A stretch of 64,000 bases of DNA from Polaromonas sp. (GCA_013824015.1 PNNC01000058.1:5341-69340), one strand, 5' to 3'. Shown: positions 38,899-50,343, counted from the stretch's first letter. Numbers and translations: made by a program. The notes: a model not told the origin generated them from the sequence alone.

Positions 38899-40096
38899 GG
38901 ACGGCCTCCAGCCTTGCGACGGCCTCTTTGAGTTGCGCCATCGAATTGGCGGTTGAGAAGCGCACATACTGCTCCGGCGCCATGGCACCGAAGTCACGCC
39001 CGGGCGTCACCGCCAGGTGGGCGCGTTTCATCAGTTCAAAAGAAAAGTCCCAGCTGCCGCTGACGCCCAGCCGGGCGGCGGCGTCCGTGCAATCCGCATA
39101 GGCGTAGAAGGCCCCGTCCGGCATCACCGGCACGGTCAGGCCCAGGCGGTTGAGTTCGGGAATGAAGTAGTCGCGCCTGGCCCGGAATTCGGCGCGGCGT
39201 CGTTCGTATTCGGCCAGGCTGTCGGGCTCGAAGCAGGCCAGCGCCGCGTGTTGGGCCACGGTGCTCGGGCAGATGAACAGGTTCTGCGCGATGCGCTCGA
39301 TCACCGGTGCGAGTTCTTCCGGCACCACCAGCCAGCCCAGGCGCCAGCCGGTCATGTTGAAGTATTTGCTGAAGCTGTTGATGCTGATGATGCTGTCACC
39401 CAGGCCATCACCCATGGCCAGCGCGGTGTGGCCGAACTGTTCTTCGTAGCTCAGGCCCAGGTAGATCTCGTCGATCAGCGTGATGCCGCCGCGGCTGTGC
39501 ACAAATTCATGGATCCGGCGCAGCTCGTCGGGCGCGATCGAGGTGCCGGTCGGATTCGATGGCGAGGCCAGCAGCACGCCGCGGGTTTTGGCTGTCCAGG
39601 CCGCCTGCACCTTGGCGCTGCTGAGCTGGAAGCGCTCTGCGGCCGTTGTCGGGACCAGCACCGCATTGCCTTCGGCGGCGCTGACAAAATGCCGGTTGCA
39701 GGGATAACTCGGGTCCGGCATCAGGATCTCGTCGCCGGCTTCGATCAGCGCCAGGCAGGCCAGTTGCAGCGCCGCCGAGGCGCCTGCGGTGATGATGATG
39801 CGGCCGGGCGCCACATCGGCGTTGAAGCGCGAGCCATACCAGTCGCTGATGCGTTCACGCAGTTCCTGCAGGCCGGTGGCCTGGGTGTACTGGGTGTTGC
39901 CATCGTGGATGGCGCGGGCTGCCGCCTGCTGCACCAGTGGCGGCGCGGTGAAGTCGGGCTCGCCGATGTTCAGGAAAATCATCGGGCGTGCGGTCTGCGC
40001 CACGTCCCTGGCCATGGCTGCCGCCGCCTTGGCGACCTCCATCACATAAAAAGGTTCAATGCGCTGCGCGCGCCGGGCAATCCGCAGGGACGTCAT
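38891..40096 (-). CDS. PLP-dependent class I/II aminotransferase
   Basis: IGEPDF, SPSNPTG, DEIY, SFSKYFNMTGWRLG. Confidence 0.92.
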   Translation of the reverse strand: MTSLRIARRAQRIEPFYVMEVAKAAAAMARDVAQTARPMIFLNIGEPDFTAPPLVQQAAARAIHDGNTQYTQATGLQELRERISDWYGSRFNADVAPGRIIITAGASAALQLACLALIEAGDEILMPDPSYPCNRHFVSAAEGNAVLVPTTAAERFQLSSAKVQAAWTAKTRGVLLASPSNPTGTSIAPDELRRIHEFVHSRGGITLIDEIYLGLSYEEQFGHTALAMGDGLGDSIISINSFSKYFNMTGWRLGWLVVPEELAPVIERIAQNLFICPSTVAQHAALACFEPDSLAEYERRRAEFRARRDYFIPELNRLGLTVPVMPDGAFYAYADCTDAAARLGVSGSWDFSFELMKRAHLAVTPGRDFGAMAPEQYVRFSTANSMAQLKEAVARLEAVLG

Positions 40097-40104
40097 CGGG
40101 CGTA

Positions 40105-40623
40105 TCAGGCTTTTTTGTCCGCAGCGACTTCAGCCGCCCGGAAGCCGGGCGCCAGCTTGTGCAGCACCCCGTTGACGTATTTGTGGCCGTCGGTGCCACC
40201 GAAGGCCTTGGCCAGCTCGATACATTCGTTGATGACCACGCGGTAGGGCACGTCCAGGCAGTGCTTGAATTCATAAGCGCCTATCCACAACACCGCGTGT
40301 TCGACCGGCGAGATCTCCGCCATCTTGCGGTCCAGCAGCGGCGTGAAACTCTCGTCGAGTGCAGCGGCTTCGCCGATGCAGCCGTGCAGCAGGGCGTCGT
40401 AGTGGGCAGAGTCGGCCTTGTGAAAGCCGACCAGGTCACGCGTGAAGGCGTCAATCGAGTCCGCCGCATTGCGGCCCACCAGATGCTGGTACAGCGCCTG
40501 CAGGGCGAACTCTCGCGCGCGCGTGCGGGCCGATTTGTCGGCGGCTTTTTTGACGCCGGTGTCGGTCAGGCCAGTGCGGGTTTGCGGCGGGCGTTTGGGT
40601 TTGAGGGGGGTGGTATCGGACAT
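40105..40623 (-). CDS. nusB: Transcription antitermination factor NusB
   Basis: [31 protein letters not shown]. Confidence 0.95.
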   Translation of the reverse strand: MSDTTPLKPKRPPQTRTGLTDTGVKKAADKSARTRAREFALQALYQHLVGRNAADSIDAFTRDLVGFHKADSAHYDALLHGCIGEAAALDESFTPLLDRKMAEISPVEHAVLWIGAYEFKHCLDVPYRVVINECIELAKAFGGTDGHKYVNGVLHKLAPGFRAAEVAADKKA

Positions 40624-40650
40624 GCGCGCTTGTTGGGTGTTGCAGGGGGC

Positions 40651-41115
40651 TCAGGACAATTCGTTCAGCAGGTTGGCCATCTCGACGGCCACCCGCGCGG
40701 CATCGCGGCCCTTGTCCACCTGGCGGGCTTCAGCCTGGGCCACGTTTTCCACGGTCAGGATGGCGTTGGCGATCGGCAACTGGTAGTCCAGCGCCAGCCG
40801 GCTGACCGAAGCGCCGCTTTCATTGGCAACCAGTTCGAAGTGGTAGGTCTCGCCGCGGATGATGCAGCCCAGCGCGACCAGTGCATCGTACTGGTCACGC
40901 TCGGCCAGGGCCTGCAGCGCCGATGGAATCTCCAGCGCGCCAGGCACCTTGACGTGGTGGATGTTTTTTTCCTCAACGCCCAGCGCCAGCAACTCCTGCC
41001 AGCAGGCCTGGGCCAGGGCATTCGTGATGCTTTCGTTGAAGCGCGCCTGAACAATGCCTATCGACAGTTTTTTGCCGTTCAGGTGATCGGCTGAGCCTTT
41101 TTCTGCACCAAACAC
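40651..41115 (-). CDS. ribH: 6,7-dimethyl-8-ribityllumazine synthase
   Basis: [22 protein letters not shown]. Confidence 0.95.
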   Translation of the reverse strand: MFGAEKGSADHLNGKKLSIGIVQARFNESITNALAQACWQELLALGVEEKNIHHVKVPGALEIPSALQALAERDQYDALVALGCIIRGETYHFELVANESGASVSRLALDYQLPIANAILTVENVAQAEARQVDKGRDAARVAVEMANLLNELS

Positions 41116-41119
41116 TTTT

Positions 41120-42232
41120 TTATTCCTTTTTGTGGGCGATATAGCCGGTGATTTCGAGCCCGTAACCGGTCATGCTGGGCATGCGGCGCGGGTTGCCCAT
41201 CAGTTCCATCTTGTGGACGCCGCACTCGCGCAGGATTTGCGCGCCGACGCCATAGGTGCGCAGGTCCATGCGGCCACGTTCCGGCGCCTGACTGGCGCGA
41301 GCCGTGCCTTCGAACTGCGCCAGCAACTGGGCCGCACTTTCACCACAATTGAGCAGCACCGCCACACCCTTGCCGGCTTTGGCCAGGTGCGCCAGACTCT
41401 GGTCCAGGCTCCAGGAGTGCATGGAGCGGCCGGTTTCCAGCGCGTCCAGCACCGACAGCGGCTCATGCACGCGCGCGGCCACGGTGTCGTCAGCGCCCCA
41501 TTGGCCCTTGACCAGCGCCAGATGCAGGCCCTGGCTCGGTTTGTCCCTGAACGCATGCACGGCAAATTCGCCGAACGCGGTCTGGATGGTGCGTTCGCCG
41601 ATTTTTTCAATCAGCGAGTCATGCCGGCTGCGGTGCTCGATCAGGTCGGCAATCGTGCCTATCTTCAGGCCGTGTTCGGCAGCGAATACCTGCAGGTCCG
41701 GCAGGCGCGCCATGGTGCCGTCGTCCTTCATGATTTCGCAGATCACGGCAGACGGGGAGCAGCCCGCCATGCCGGCCAGGTCGCAGCCGGCTTCGGTATG
41801 CCCGGCGCGCATCAGTACGCCGCCATCGACCGCCTGCAAGGGGAAAATATGTCCCGGCTGGACCAGGTCGGTGACTTTGGCGTCCCTGGCCACGGCGGCC
41901 TGCACTGTGCGCGCCCGGTCTGCCGCGGAGATCCCGGTGGTCACGCCCTCGGCGGCCTCGATGGACACGGTAAAGGCCGTTCCCATCTTGGTTCCGTTGC
42001 GCGCAACCATGGGGGGCAACTGCAGCCGTTCACAGCGCTCGCGTGTCAGCGTCAGGCAGATCAGGCCACGGCCGTAACGCGCCATGAAATTGATGGCTTC
42101 GGCGCTGACATGGTCGGCGGCCAGCACCAGGTCGCCTTCGTTTTCGCGGTCTTCTTCGTCGACCAGGATCACCATGCGGCCGGCCCGCATGTCGGCCACG
42201 ATGTCTTCAACAGGGGAGATGGCAATCGTCAT
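41120..42232 (-). CDS. ribB: DHBP synthase fused to a degenerate GTP cyclohydrolase II-like domain (RibBX type)
   Basis: DRENEGD, AFTVSI, PGHIFPL, GHTEA; C-domain has RVHEP in place of RVHSEC. Confidence 0.9.
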   Translation of the reverse strand: MTIAISPVEDIVADMRAGRMVILVDEEDRENEGDLVLAADHVSAEAINFMARYGRGLICLTLTRERCERLQLPPMVARNGTKMGTAFTVSIEAAEGVTTGISAADRARTVQAAVARDAKVTDLVQPGHIFPLQAVDGGVLMRAGHTEAGCDLAGMAGCSPSAVICEIMKDDGTMARLPDLQVFAAEHGLKIGTIADLIEHRSRHDSLIEKIGERTIQTAFGEFAVHAFRDKPSQGLHLALVKGQWGADDTVAARVHEPLSVLDALETGRSMHSWSLDQSLAHLAKAGKGVAVLLNCGESAAQLLAQFEGTARASQAPERGRMDLRTYGVGAQILRECGVHKMELMGNPRRMPSMTGYGLEITGYIAHKKE

Positions 42233-42236
42233 GGCT

Positions 42237-42872
42237 TCAGGTGTTCTTTCCGTTGTGGAGCATGCGTTCGACATAACGCGCAATGAGGTCGATTTCGAGG
42301 TTGACCCGCGACTGCTCGCGCAGGTGACCCAGGGCCGTGTTCTGCACGGTGTGGGCAATCAGGTTGATGCTGATTTCGCAGCCGGGCGTCGCGCCGTCGA
42401 GATCGGTCACCCGGTTGACCGTCAGGCTGACCCCGTTGACGGTGATGGAACCCTTGTAGGCCAGGTATTTGGCCAGCTCACGCGGCGCCAGGATGCGCAG
42501 CTCCCAGCTCTCGCCGACCTGCGCAAAATGGGTGACGGTGCCGACGCCATCGACATGGCCGGCGACGATATGGCCGCCGAGGCGGTCATGGGCGCGCAGG
42601 GCTTTTTCGAGGTTGATCGGTCCGGGTTCGGACAGGCCACTGGTTTTGTCCAGTGATTCGGCGGAGATCTCGATGGAAAATTGGCGGGTTTCGGGCGCCA
42701 GCGCCGTGACCGTCATGCAGGCGCCGTTCAGCGCGATGCTGTCGCCCAGGCCCACGTCGTCGAGATAGCCCGATGGCGCTTCGATGGTGAGTCGCTTGCC
42801 ATGGTCCAAAGAGCTGCCCAGGCTATGGATGGCGACGATGCGCCCCACGCCGGTGATGATTCCGGTAAACAT
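42237..42872 (-). CDS. ribE: Riboflavin synthase
   Basis: [29 protein letters not shown]. Confidence 0.95.
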   Translation of the reverse strand: MFTGIITGVGRIVAIHSLGSSLDHGKRLTIEAPSGYLDDVGLGDSIALNGACMTVTALAPETRQFSIEISAESLDKTSGLSEPGPINLEKALRAHDRLGGHIVAGHVDGVGTVTHFAQVGESWELRILAPRELAKYLAYKGSITVNGVSLTVNRVTDLDGATPGCEISINLIAHTVQNTALGHLREQSRVNLEIDLIARYVERMLHNGKNT

Positions 42873-42926
42873 CGGGGTATTTTCGCAGAGATTGGCGCGG
42901 CGCACGGCGCGCATGCCAATCGGGGG

Positions 42927-44015
42927 CTAAAACAGGTCGCGTCCGCGCACCCTGGCGACAATGCGCAGGTCGGGCCCGAGCCGGTCGGTGGACAGGAAGT
43001 CAAGCTCCACCGCCTGCGACAGCTCGGTGATCGGCCCAAAGCTGGCCATGCCGGCGCCCTGGCCTATCCATTTGGGCGCCAGGTAGACCACAAACTCGTC
43101 CACCAGGCCCTCGCGGACCAGGGAGCCATTGAGTTTGTGACCGGCTTCCACATGCAGTTCATTGACCTCGCGCAGCGCCAGATCACGCAGCATCGCCGCC
43201 AGATCCACCTTGCCATGGGCGCCAGGCTGGTAGATGACGGTGGCGCCGCGTGCCTCCAGCGCCGCCTTTCTGGCATCGTTTTGTCCGGCTGCATAGATGT
43301 ACAGGGTGCGGCCAGGAATAAAAATCCGGGCATCGAGGGGGGTTTCCAGCCGGCTGTCGACCACCACCAGGTGGGGCTGGCGCGGTGTCTCCACCAGTCG
43401 CACGTCCAGCCGCGGGTTGTCTTCCAGCACCGTGCCTATGCCGGTCAGGATGGCAGAGGCGCGGGCACGCCAGGCATGGCCGTCAGCGCGCGCGGCATCT
43501 GCGGTGATCCACTGGCTGGCGCCGTTGTCCAGCGCGGTCTTGCCGTCGAGCGAGGCCGCGACTTTCAGGCGCACCCAGGGTGTTTTCCGGATCATGCGGC
43601 TGAAAAAGCCGATATTGAGTTCCCGGGATTCGTCGGCCCCCGGGCCCACCTCGACCGCGATGCCTGCGGCGCGCAGGCGTTCAAAACCCTGCCCGGCGAC
43701 CAGCGGGTTGGGGTCCGCGATGGATGCGACCACCTTTTTGATGCCAGCGGCAATCAGCGCATCGCAGCAGGGACCGGTGCGGCCATGGTGGGAGCAGGGC
43801 TCCAGCGTCACCCAGGCGGTGGCGCCGGCCACCGAGTGGCCTTGTGCTGCCGCGTCGCGCAAGGCCATGATCTCGGCATGCGGGCCGCCAGCGCGCTGGG
43901 TGTGACCCCGACCCAGCAGATCACCCTCCGGGGAGACCAGGACGCAGCCCACGGCAGGGTTGGGCGAGGACAGGTCCCTCGCCTTGCTGGCAAATTCGAC
44001 TGCGAGTTTGATCAT
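42927..44015 (-). CDS. ribD: Riboflavin biosynthesis deaminase/reductase
   Basis: PNPAVG, HAE, TLEPCSHHGRTGPC, SLDGKTA. Confidence 0.95.
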   Translation of the reverse strand: MIKLAVEFASKARDLSSPNPAVGCVLVSPEGDLLGRGHTQRAGGPHAEIMALRDAAAQGHSVAGATAWVTLEPCSHHGRTGPCCDALIAAGIKKVVASIADPNPLVAGQGFERLRAAGIAVEVGPGADESRELNIGFFSRMIRKTPWVRLKVAASLDGKTALDNGASQWITADAARADGHAWRARASAILTGIGTVLEDNPRLDVRLVETPRQPHLVVVDSRLETPLDARIFIPGRTLYIYAAGQNDARKAALEARGATVIYQPGAHGKVDLAAMLRDLALREVNELHVEAGHKLNGSLVREGLVDEFVVYLAPKWIGQGAGMASFGPITELSQAVELDFLSTDRLGPDLRIVARVRGRDLF

Positions 44016-44135
44016 CAGGCGTCCGCAGGTTGGGAGGAAGGAGGCGGACAGGGAAGTTTACCGTCTGGCGGGCATGGTCAGCCGGACGTCGGTCAAACGC
44101 TGGGCGGTGTGACGTTCCGGAGTACGCTCACTTTC

Positions 44136-44675
44136 ATGAAGATACGTCAAGCGGGCTTTACGCTGATTGAATTGATGATCGTGGTCTCCCTGGTCGCGGT
44201 GCTGGCGTCTCTGGCGGTGCCCGGCTTCCGGAGTCTGCTTGTCAAGCGCACGGTTCAGTCCGCGGCTGACGCATTGATGACCGATCTGCGTTATGCACGT
44301 TCCGAAGCGGTCAAGCGATCTGCGCGCGTGTCGGTGTGTCAGTCCGCCAACGGAACCAGCTGTGCCACCGGAAGCAATTTGTGGGTCGGTGGCTGGATCG
44401 TGTTTATTGATGGGGACGGTGATGGGGCGGTGGATGCCGGGGATGAAATTGTCAGGGTGCAACAGGCCTTGACCTCCATGGCTTCGATCGCCAGTACCAA
44501 TCCTTCCGGCGATCGCCGATTTTTCACCTACCAGCCGACAGGCTGGGCGAAAAGCTCCAGCCAGACCTTCCTCTTCACGCCAGGCGGCGATGTGCCGCCC
44601 GGTTCGGTCCGGCTGGTGTGTATTTCCAACCAGGGACGGCCTGGACTCAAAGCGGCGGGAGCCACATCATGCTGA
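44136..44675 (+). CDS. fimT: FimT/GspH-family minor pilin
   Basis: G/FTLIELM prepilin motif, ARSEAVKR, GWIVF. Confidence 0.88.
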   Translation: MKIRQAGFTLIELMIVVSLVAVLASLAVPGFRSLLVKRTVQSAADALMTDLRYARSEAVKRSARVSVCQSANGTSCATGSNLWVGGWIVFIDGDGDGAVDAGDEIVRVQQALTSMASIASTNPSGDRRFFTYQPTGWAKSSSQTFLFTPGGDVPPGSVRLVCISNQGRPGLKAAGATSC

Positions 44676-45286
44676 GACCTCGCGTCATGAGCCACACCGG
44701 ACGGGGGCTCCCGCGTCGGCGTCACGCCCGAGGCGGCATGTTGATTGAGGTGCTGGTCTCCATCGTGATTTCAGCCATCGCATTGCTGGCGCTGGCCGGT
44801 GTGAATGCTTCGGCAGTGCGTTACACCAAAATGTCGCAGTACCGCGCCACGGCCACCTTGCTGGTCAGTGATCTGGGCGAAAGAATGCGGGCCAACAAGG
44901 GGGTGGCGGCCGACGGGGTCGTGGTCGCGACAGGTTTTTTTGCGGGTGTTTACGACTTCAACGCCACGGACTTTGCCGCGCAGGCCACCGCGCCTGCGAT
45001 GCCCACCCAGTTGTGCAATACCGCGGCGACGACCTGCACGCCCCAGCAGATCGCTGAACTCGACATGGCGCAATGGCGCTTGCTGGTCCGCACCCAGTTG
45101 CCCGAGGGATCGATATGGATTGCCCGGCAGGCGGGTCAAACCGCCGCGGACGTCTGGGTCGCCTGGCGCGACCCGGCTGTTGCCACCAGTGACGAAGCCC
45201 CCGCGCTTGCCACCGAGTGTCCGGATGGCCTGAACCTGGGGTCCGACTTGAGTGTGCGTTGCAGCTATTTCAGGATCAATCTATGA
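44669..45286 (+). CDS. pilV: Type IV pilus modification protein PilV
   Basis: G/MLIEVLV, ERMRAN, DMAQW..LPEG. Confidence 0.88.
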   Translation: MLRPRVMSHTGRGLPRRRHARGGMLIEVLVSIVISAIALLALAGVNASAVRYTKMSQYRATATLLVSDLGERMRANKGVAADGVVVATGFFAGVYDFNATDFAAQATAPAMPTQLCNTAATTCTPQQIAELDMAQWRLLVRTQLPEGSIWIARQAGQTAADVWVAWRDPAVATSDEAPALATECPDGLNLGSDLSVRCSYFRINL

Positions 45287-46161
45287 GGCGGCCTCCCCAC
45301 CTGCATTCCCGGTCTGGCCAGCGCGGCCTGTCCATCATCGAGGTTCTGGTGTCCCTGGTGATCGGCCTGGTGGTCGTGGGGGCCGTGTTGCTGAGCTACA
45401 TCACTTCCGGCCAGACCAACCGGCTGCAGGCTGCCTACAGCCAGATGAATGAGGAGGCGCAAATCGGCCTGGGGATTCTGTCGCGTGACCTGCTGCTGGC
45501 CGGTTACGCACGGCCCACCGGTTGGGATCCGGTGACTTTCAAATTCGGTCGAACCTATTCCGGTCACGCCGTTTTTGGCTGTGACACGGGATTTGTGGCG
45601 GCCAATGCGACCACGGCAGTGACTTGCGCCGCGACCGGCAGTTCACCGGCGATTGAGGTGGTGTACGAGGCGGACGTGACGAACACGGTGCCCCATTCTT
45701 CCGGTGCGCCATCGGATTGTCTTGGTGCCGCCTTGGTTGACCAGAGTGCCGGTCCCCCGGCGACGAGTATTTACATCGCCCGCAATCGCTACTACCTCGC
45801 GGTCAGCTCGCTGGGTCGGTCGGAGCTCCACTGCGCCGGCAACAATGCGCCGGCCACTGGCGGTGCTTTGGTGGACAACGTCGAAGGCATGCAGATCCTG
45901 TACGGAGAAGCCAATCCTGCCGATCCGCGCCAGATCACGCGTTATGTCAGCGCTGCCAACGTGAAGGATCTGGGAACCGATTTTGCCTATGTGGTGAGTG
46001 TCCGGGTGTGCCTGCTGATGCGAAGCGCCGAGCCGGTATTGACGGGCGAAGATCCCGCGACCTACAGCGACTGCGACTCTGTGACCCAGACATCGACCGA
46101 CGGGTTTGCACGGCGTGCGTATTTCACCACCACCGCCTTGCGCAACAAGATGAGCTTTTAG
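45283..46161 (+). CDS. pilW: PilW family protein
   Basis: G/LSIIEVLV, LVDNVEGMQILYG, VVSVRVCLLMRS, LRN end. Confidence 0.88.
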   Translation: MRRPPHLHSRSGQRGLSIIEVLVSLVIGLVVVGAVLLSYITSGQTNRLQAAYSQMNEEAQIGLGILSRDLLLAGYARPTGWDPVTFKFGRTYSGHAVFGCDTGFVAANATTAVTCAATGSSPAIEVVYEADVTNTVPHSSGAPSDCLGAALVDQSAGPPATSIYIARNRYYLAVSSLGRSELHCAGNNAPATGGALVDNVEGMQILYGEANPADPRQITRYVSAANVKDLGTDFAYVVSVRVCLLMRSAEPVLTGEDPATYSDCDSVTQTSTDGFARRAYFTTTALRNKMSF

Positions 46162-46162
46162 G

Positions 46163-46735
46163 ATGTCCATGAACGGTTTTTGCCTCTCCCCATCTGCGCC
46201 GCGCCGCGGCCGGCAGGGCGGTATCTCGCTGATCATCGTGCTCATCATGCTGGTGGTCATCGGCCTGACCTCGGCCGCAGCCATCCGCAATGCCACCTCG
46301 GACGAACGGGTGACCAACAATGTGCGCATGCAGAACCTGGCGCAGCAGTATGCCGACGCGGCCTTGCGTTATTGCGAGGCCGAGCTTTCCAAGGCGGACG
46401 CCGATCGGGTGACCACCTTGCAGGAAGCCAATCTGGTTCAAACCGCCTATCAGGCGACCCAGGCATGGGAAAACACCAGCACATGGATAGGCACCGGCGG
46501 CGCCTCCGCATCGCGCACCAATGTGCCGGAGCTGCAGATCAAATCCTCAGGCAGTTCCTTCCGGCCGACGACGCTGCCACAGTGTGTGGTCGAGAAGCAG
46601 GTGCTGGAAGACGCCAAGCTCGCTTACGTCGTCACCGCCCGGGGATTCAGCCCCGATTACACCGCGGATGCAGGCACAGGCGCCACCACGGGTGGCTCTG
46701 TGGTCTGGCTTCAGTCCACACTTGTTTTAAATTGA
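46163..46735 (+). CDS. pilX: PilX family protein
   Basis: G/ISLIIVL lacking Glu5, YVVTARGF, WLQS. Confidence 0.85.
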   Translation: MSMNGFCLSPSAPRRGRQGGISLIIVLIMLVVIGLTSAAAIRNATSDERVTNNVRMQNLAQQYADAALRYCEAELSKADADRVTTLQEANLVQTAYQATQAWENTSTWIGTGGASASRTNVPELQIKSSGSSFRPTTLPQCVVEKQVLEDAKLAYVVTARGFSPDYTADAGTGATTGGSVVWLQSTLVLN

Positions 46736-46746
46736 AGGGGTAAGCC

Positions 46747-49700
46747 ATGCTTTCCTTGCACCACCTGACACCCACCCGCCTGCTTGTTGCCACGGGGATG
46801 GCGGCCATCCTGAGTGCACAACTTGTGGCGGCCCAGCCTTCGCAAAAACCCCTGCTGAGCCGTGACGGGGGTGGCGTCAAGCCCAACATCATGCTGACGA
46901 TGGACGATTCGGGCTCGATGATGTTCCAGCACATGCCGGAGGACAACATCATTCTGGGCTCGCAGACGGTGGCCAGCCCGGTGGGCGGTGCCTCGGTGCG
47001 CATGGATCCGGGCGACAACGCGACGCTGGGCGGGCCGGGTTCCGCACAAGGCGTTGACAGCCAGTTCCTCGGGACGATCTCCGGCGATCCGGCGTCCACC
47101 AACTACCGGCAAAAGCTGATGCGTTCGCCGGATACCAATACCATTTACTACAACCCCGAGGTCAGGTACCAGCCCTGGCCGCTGGCGGCTGGCGGGCGCA
47201 TGGCCAACTCCCCGGTCGCTGCTGCCTTGCGAGACCCCATGAATGCCGGCGGCGGCACGATCAATCTGACGGACATCCGGTCGGTCACCAGCAACTCGCA
47301 TGTCTGGTGCTTCAGGCCGAGCGGCACGGCGGACAACTGCAGGGACAGCAACACCGACATTGACTACGATCCTGGCCTGTATTACCGCCTGAGAAAAAAT
47401 GCGTCGGGCCAGTACCTGGACGCGACGGTACAGGGCAACTACGACAGGTTCACGATCAATGCCACGTCGGGCACCACCTACACCAAATACGCGGCACGCA
47501 CCGATTGCACGGGCAGCTCCTGCACACGTGACCAGGAGCGCCAGAACTTTGCCAACTGGTTCACCTACTACCGCACACGGAACCTGCTGGCGCGTGGTGC
47601 CGTGGCCGAGGCGTTTTCAGAGTCGACCGATACCTTCCGCGTCGGCTACGGGCGCATCAACAAGGGCTCGACCAGCATTGACAACGTGAACACCCGGGTG
47701 ATCGAGGCCGGGGTTCGTGACTTCACGGCGACCCGCAAGTCAGCGCTTTTTGACTATCTCTATTCGCTGCCGGCCGAGGGTGGCACGCCCTTGCGTCTGG
47801 CGATGCAGGAGGTCGGCAACTATTATTCGCGGGCTGACAACAGGGGGCCGTGGTCCGAGGTGCCGGGATCGGTGAACACCGCGGCGGACAAGAGCTGCCG
47901 CCGGTCCTATCACCTGCTGGTGACGGACGGCTACTGGAGTGACACGGTGGGAAGCGGCGGGCTGGTTGCTGTCGGCAATGAAGACAATACCAACGGCGCC
48001 AACATCACCGGCCCCGGACAATCCTTCCAGTACCTGGCTCCTCGGCCTTACCGCGACGGCTCATCCGACACGCTGGCCGACTATGCGATGAAGTACTGGA
48101 AGAACGACCTGCGCAGCACGCTGGACAACAAGGTGGTCGCTTCCATCGAAAATCCCGCCTTCTGGCAGCACATGGTCAACTTCACCGTGGGGCTGGGTGT
48201 GCGGGGGCCGCTGGATCCATCGACCGACCTGCCGTTCCTGACGGCCGGCACCAAGTCCTGGGGCTCCGACAAGATTGATGATCTCTGGCATGCAGCGGTC
48301 AACAGCCGCGGCGAGTTTTTCAGCGCCAAGGATCCCAATGAGATGGCCAGCGCGATCCGGAATTCGATTGGGCAGACCCTGCAGCGCGAATTGCGGGAAG
48401 CTGGTGTGGCCACCGCTGCCACCACCCTGCAGGATGGCAACCGCAAGTATGTGCCGCTGTACAAAACCGGCGCATGGAGCGGGGATGTCCAGGCCTTCGC
48501 GCTGGACGCCAATGGCCAGGCGGGCGTCCAGCTGTGGACCGCCGAAGCCAAGGTGCCGGCGCCGGCCAGCCGGCGGATATTTACATGGGATACGGGTCTG
48601 GCCACACCGGCAGGTGTTGAATTCACGCTGGCCGGCATGAGCACGGCGAACGAAACCGCGCTGGGCAGCGCAGGTGCACCGAGCCAGGCGACGTTTGTCA
48701 ACTTCCTGCGTGGCGACCGGAGTCAGGAAGGCTCCGAACTGCTGTTCCGCCGGCGCGGCGGGGTGCTGGGGGATTTCATCAACTCCAACCCGGTGCTGGT
48801 CAAGGCATCGGTCAATCTGGGCTATGGCACGTTGCCCACCATCGGCAGCAGTTATGCCACCTTTCTGACCCAAAAAGCCGCCAGGACGTCCGTGCTGTTT
48901 GCCGGCAGCAACGGCGGCATGCTGCACGGCTTCAAGGACACGGGCGGGCTTGTTCCTGCTGATGATGGCAAGGAAGTGTTTGCCTACGTGCCGCGGACGG
49001 TCTACCCCAATCTGGCCAAGCTGGCGGATCAGACCTATGGCACGGACCTGCTGTACCACCAGTTTTTTGTGGATGGCCCGTTGCTGGAGACCGATGCTTT
49101 TGTGCGTGCGCCCGGTGCGGCCGCTGCCAGCTGGCGCAACTACCTGCTGGGCGCGCTGGGTGCCGGCGGGCGCGCCATTTTTGCCCTGGACGTGACAGAC
49201 ACCGCCAACCTGGGTGCCTCCAGCATCCGCTGGGAGGTGTCCAGCAGCACCGACAGTGATATCGGCCATATCTATTCCCCGGTGCAGGCCGGTGTGCTGC
49301 CCAACGGGGAATGGGTGGCCATTTTCGGCAATGGACAGTTCAGCACCGCGGGCAAGGCGGTGCTGTTTGTCGCCAACCTCGAGACGGGCGCCCTGCAGAA
49401 ACTGGTGGTGGAAGCTGCGGGGTCCAATGGCTTGAGCGGCGTCTCCCTTCAGCGCAACAGCCTGGGACAGATCACCAACTTGTTTGCCGGCGACCTCAAG
49501 GGCAACCTGTGGAAGTTCAACTACAACGCTTCGGCGGCCAGCCGGTTCGAGGTCGCAGGTGGCACCGCCCTGTTCACTGCCGCCAGCAGTGGTGGCGTGG
49601 CGCAGCCCATCAGCCAGCCCCCCACGCTGTTTGACCATCCCGATGGCGGCAAGATGCTGATTTTCGGCACCGGTTTGCTGTCGACGGAAACCGATGCCAA

Positions 49701-50343
49701 CTCGACGGCGGTTCAGGCCCTCTATGGCGTGTGGGACAAGCCCTCGGACGTGGCATTTGCGCGACCCATGAACCGCAACTCGCTGTCAACACGCACGGTG
49801 ACATCGACGGCCGGTGTCGGCGGGGCCGTCCTGTATGACGTGGCTGGAACTGACGTGGACTTCACGACGCAGCGCGGATGGGTCATCGACCTGAGCATCA
49901 TCACGGGCCTGCGGTCGATCGCCCGGCCATTGCCCATCGGCAAGACCCTGGCCCTCGTCAGCACGCTGGCGCCGGCGCAGAACATCGTTGCCTGCGACGC
50001 TTCCACCGGTGTGGGCATCACGTTTGTGCTGCCGGTGCTGACCGGCGAAAACCCGACGTATCGCCTGTTCGACACCAATGGGGACAACACGGTGAACTCA
50101 TCGGACTCCACCAGTTCGGGCTACTTCACCACCAGCCCTGGCGGTGAGAAGGTGTACCTGCCCGGCAATGATCGCGGCACCGGCAGTGGCGATGGTGGAT
50201 CCTTCTGTCCACCTGGCTTCAAGCTGGGGGCTGCCGTGGAAACCACATCCGGCAACCGTCTGTGCGAACCCGAGGATCCGATACCCCCCCAGGCGATCAA
50301 GGACAGGGTCTGGCGCCGTATCATCAACCCACCGATCCGTTAA
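46747..50343 (+). CDS. pilY1: PilY1/PilC pilus tip adhesin
   Basis: PNIMLTMDDSGSM (MIDAS-like), NFANWFTYYRTR, GTPL, NGGMLHGF, GDLKGNLWKF, DTNGD Ca-loop. Confidence 0.92.
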   Translation: MLSLHHLTPTRLLVATGMAAILSAQLVAAQPSQKPLLSRDGGGVKPNIMLTMDDSGSMMFQHMPEDNIILGSQTVASPVGGASVRMDPGDNATLGGPGSAQGVDSQFLGTISGDPASTNYRQKLMRSPDTNTIYYNPEVRYQPWPLAAGGRMANSPVAAALRDPMNAGGGTINLTDIRSVTSNSHVWCFRPSGTADNCRDSNTDIDYDPGLYYRLRKNASGQYLDATVQGNYDRFTINATSGTTYTKYAARTDCTGSSCTRDQERQNFANWFTYYRTRNLLARGAVAEAFSESTDTFRVGYGRINKGSTSIDNVNTRVIEAGVRDFTATRKSALFDYLYSLPAEGGTPLRLAMQEVGNYYSRADNRGPWSEVPGSVNTAADKSCRRSYHLLVTDGYWSDTVGSGGLVAVGNEDNTNGANITGPGQSFQYLAPRPYRDGSSDTLADYAMKYWKNDLRSTLDNKVVASIENPAFWQHMVNFTVGLGVRGPLDPSTDLPFLTAGTKSWGSDKIDDLWHAAVNSRGEFFSAKDPNEMASAIRNSIGQTLQRELREAGVATAATTLQDGNRKYVPLYKTGAWSGDVQAFALDANGQAGVQLWTAEAKVPAPASRRIFTWDTGLATPAGVEFTLAGMSTANETALGSAGAPSQATFVNFLRGDRSQEGSELLFRRRGGVLGDFINSNPVLVKASVNLGYGTLPTIGSSYATFLTQKAARTSVLFAGSNGGMLHGFKDTGGLVPADDGKEVFAYVPRTVYPNLAKLADQTYGTDLLYHQFFVDGPLLETDAFVRAPGAAAASWRNYLLGALGAGGRAIFALDVTDTANLGASSIRWEVSSSTDSDIGHIYSPVQAGVLPNGEWVAIFGNGQFSTAGKAVLFVANLETGALQKLVVEAAGSNGLSGVSLQRNSLGQITNLFAGDLKGNLWKFNYNASAASRFEVAGGTALFTAASSGGVAQPISQPPTLFDHPDGGKMLIFGTGLLSTETDANSTAVQALYGVWDKPSDVAFARPMNRNSLSTRTVTSTAGVGGAVLYDVAGTDVDFTTQRGWVIDLSIITGLRSIARPLPIGKTLALVSTLAPAQNIVACDASTGVGITFVLPVLTGENPTYRLFDTNGDNTVNSSDSTSSGYFTTSPGGEKVYLPGNDRGTGSGDGGSFCPPGFKLGAAVETTSGNRLCEPEDPIPPQAIKDRVWRRIINPPIR

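Noticed and set aside
42681-44675. 664 aa ORF suggesting a large pilin fusion
   Set aside because: Only the part from ATG 44136 is FimT; the rest is the antisense frame of ribD.
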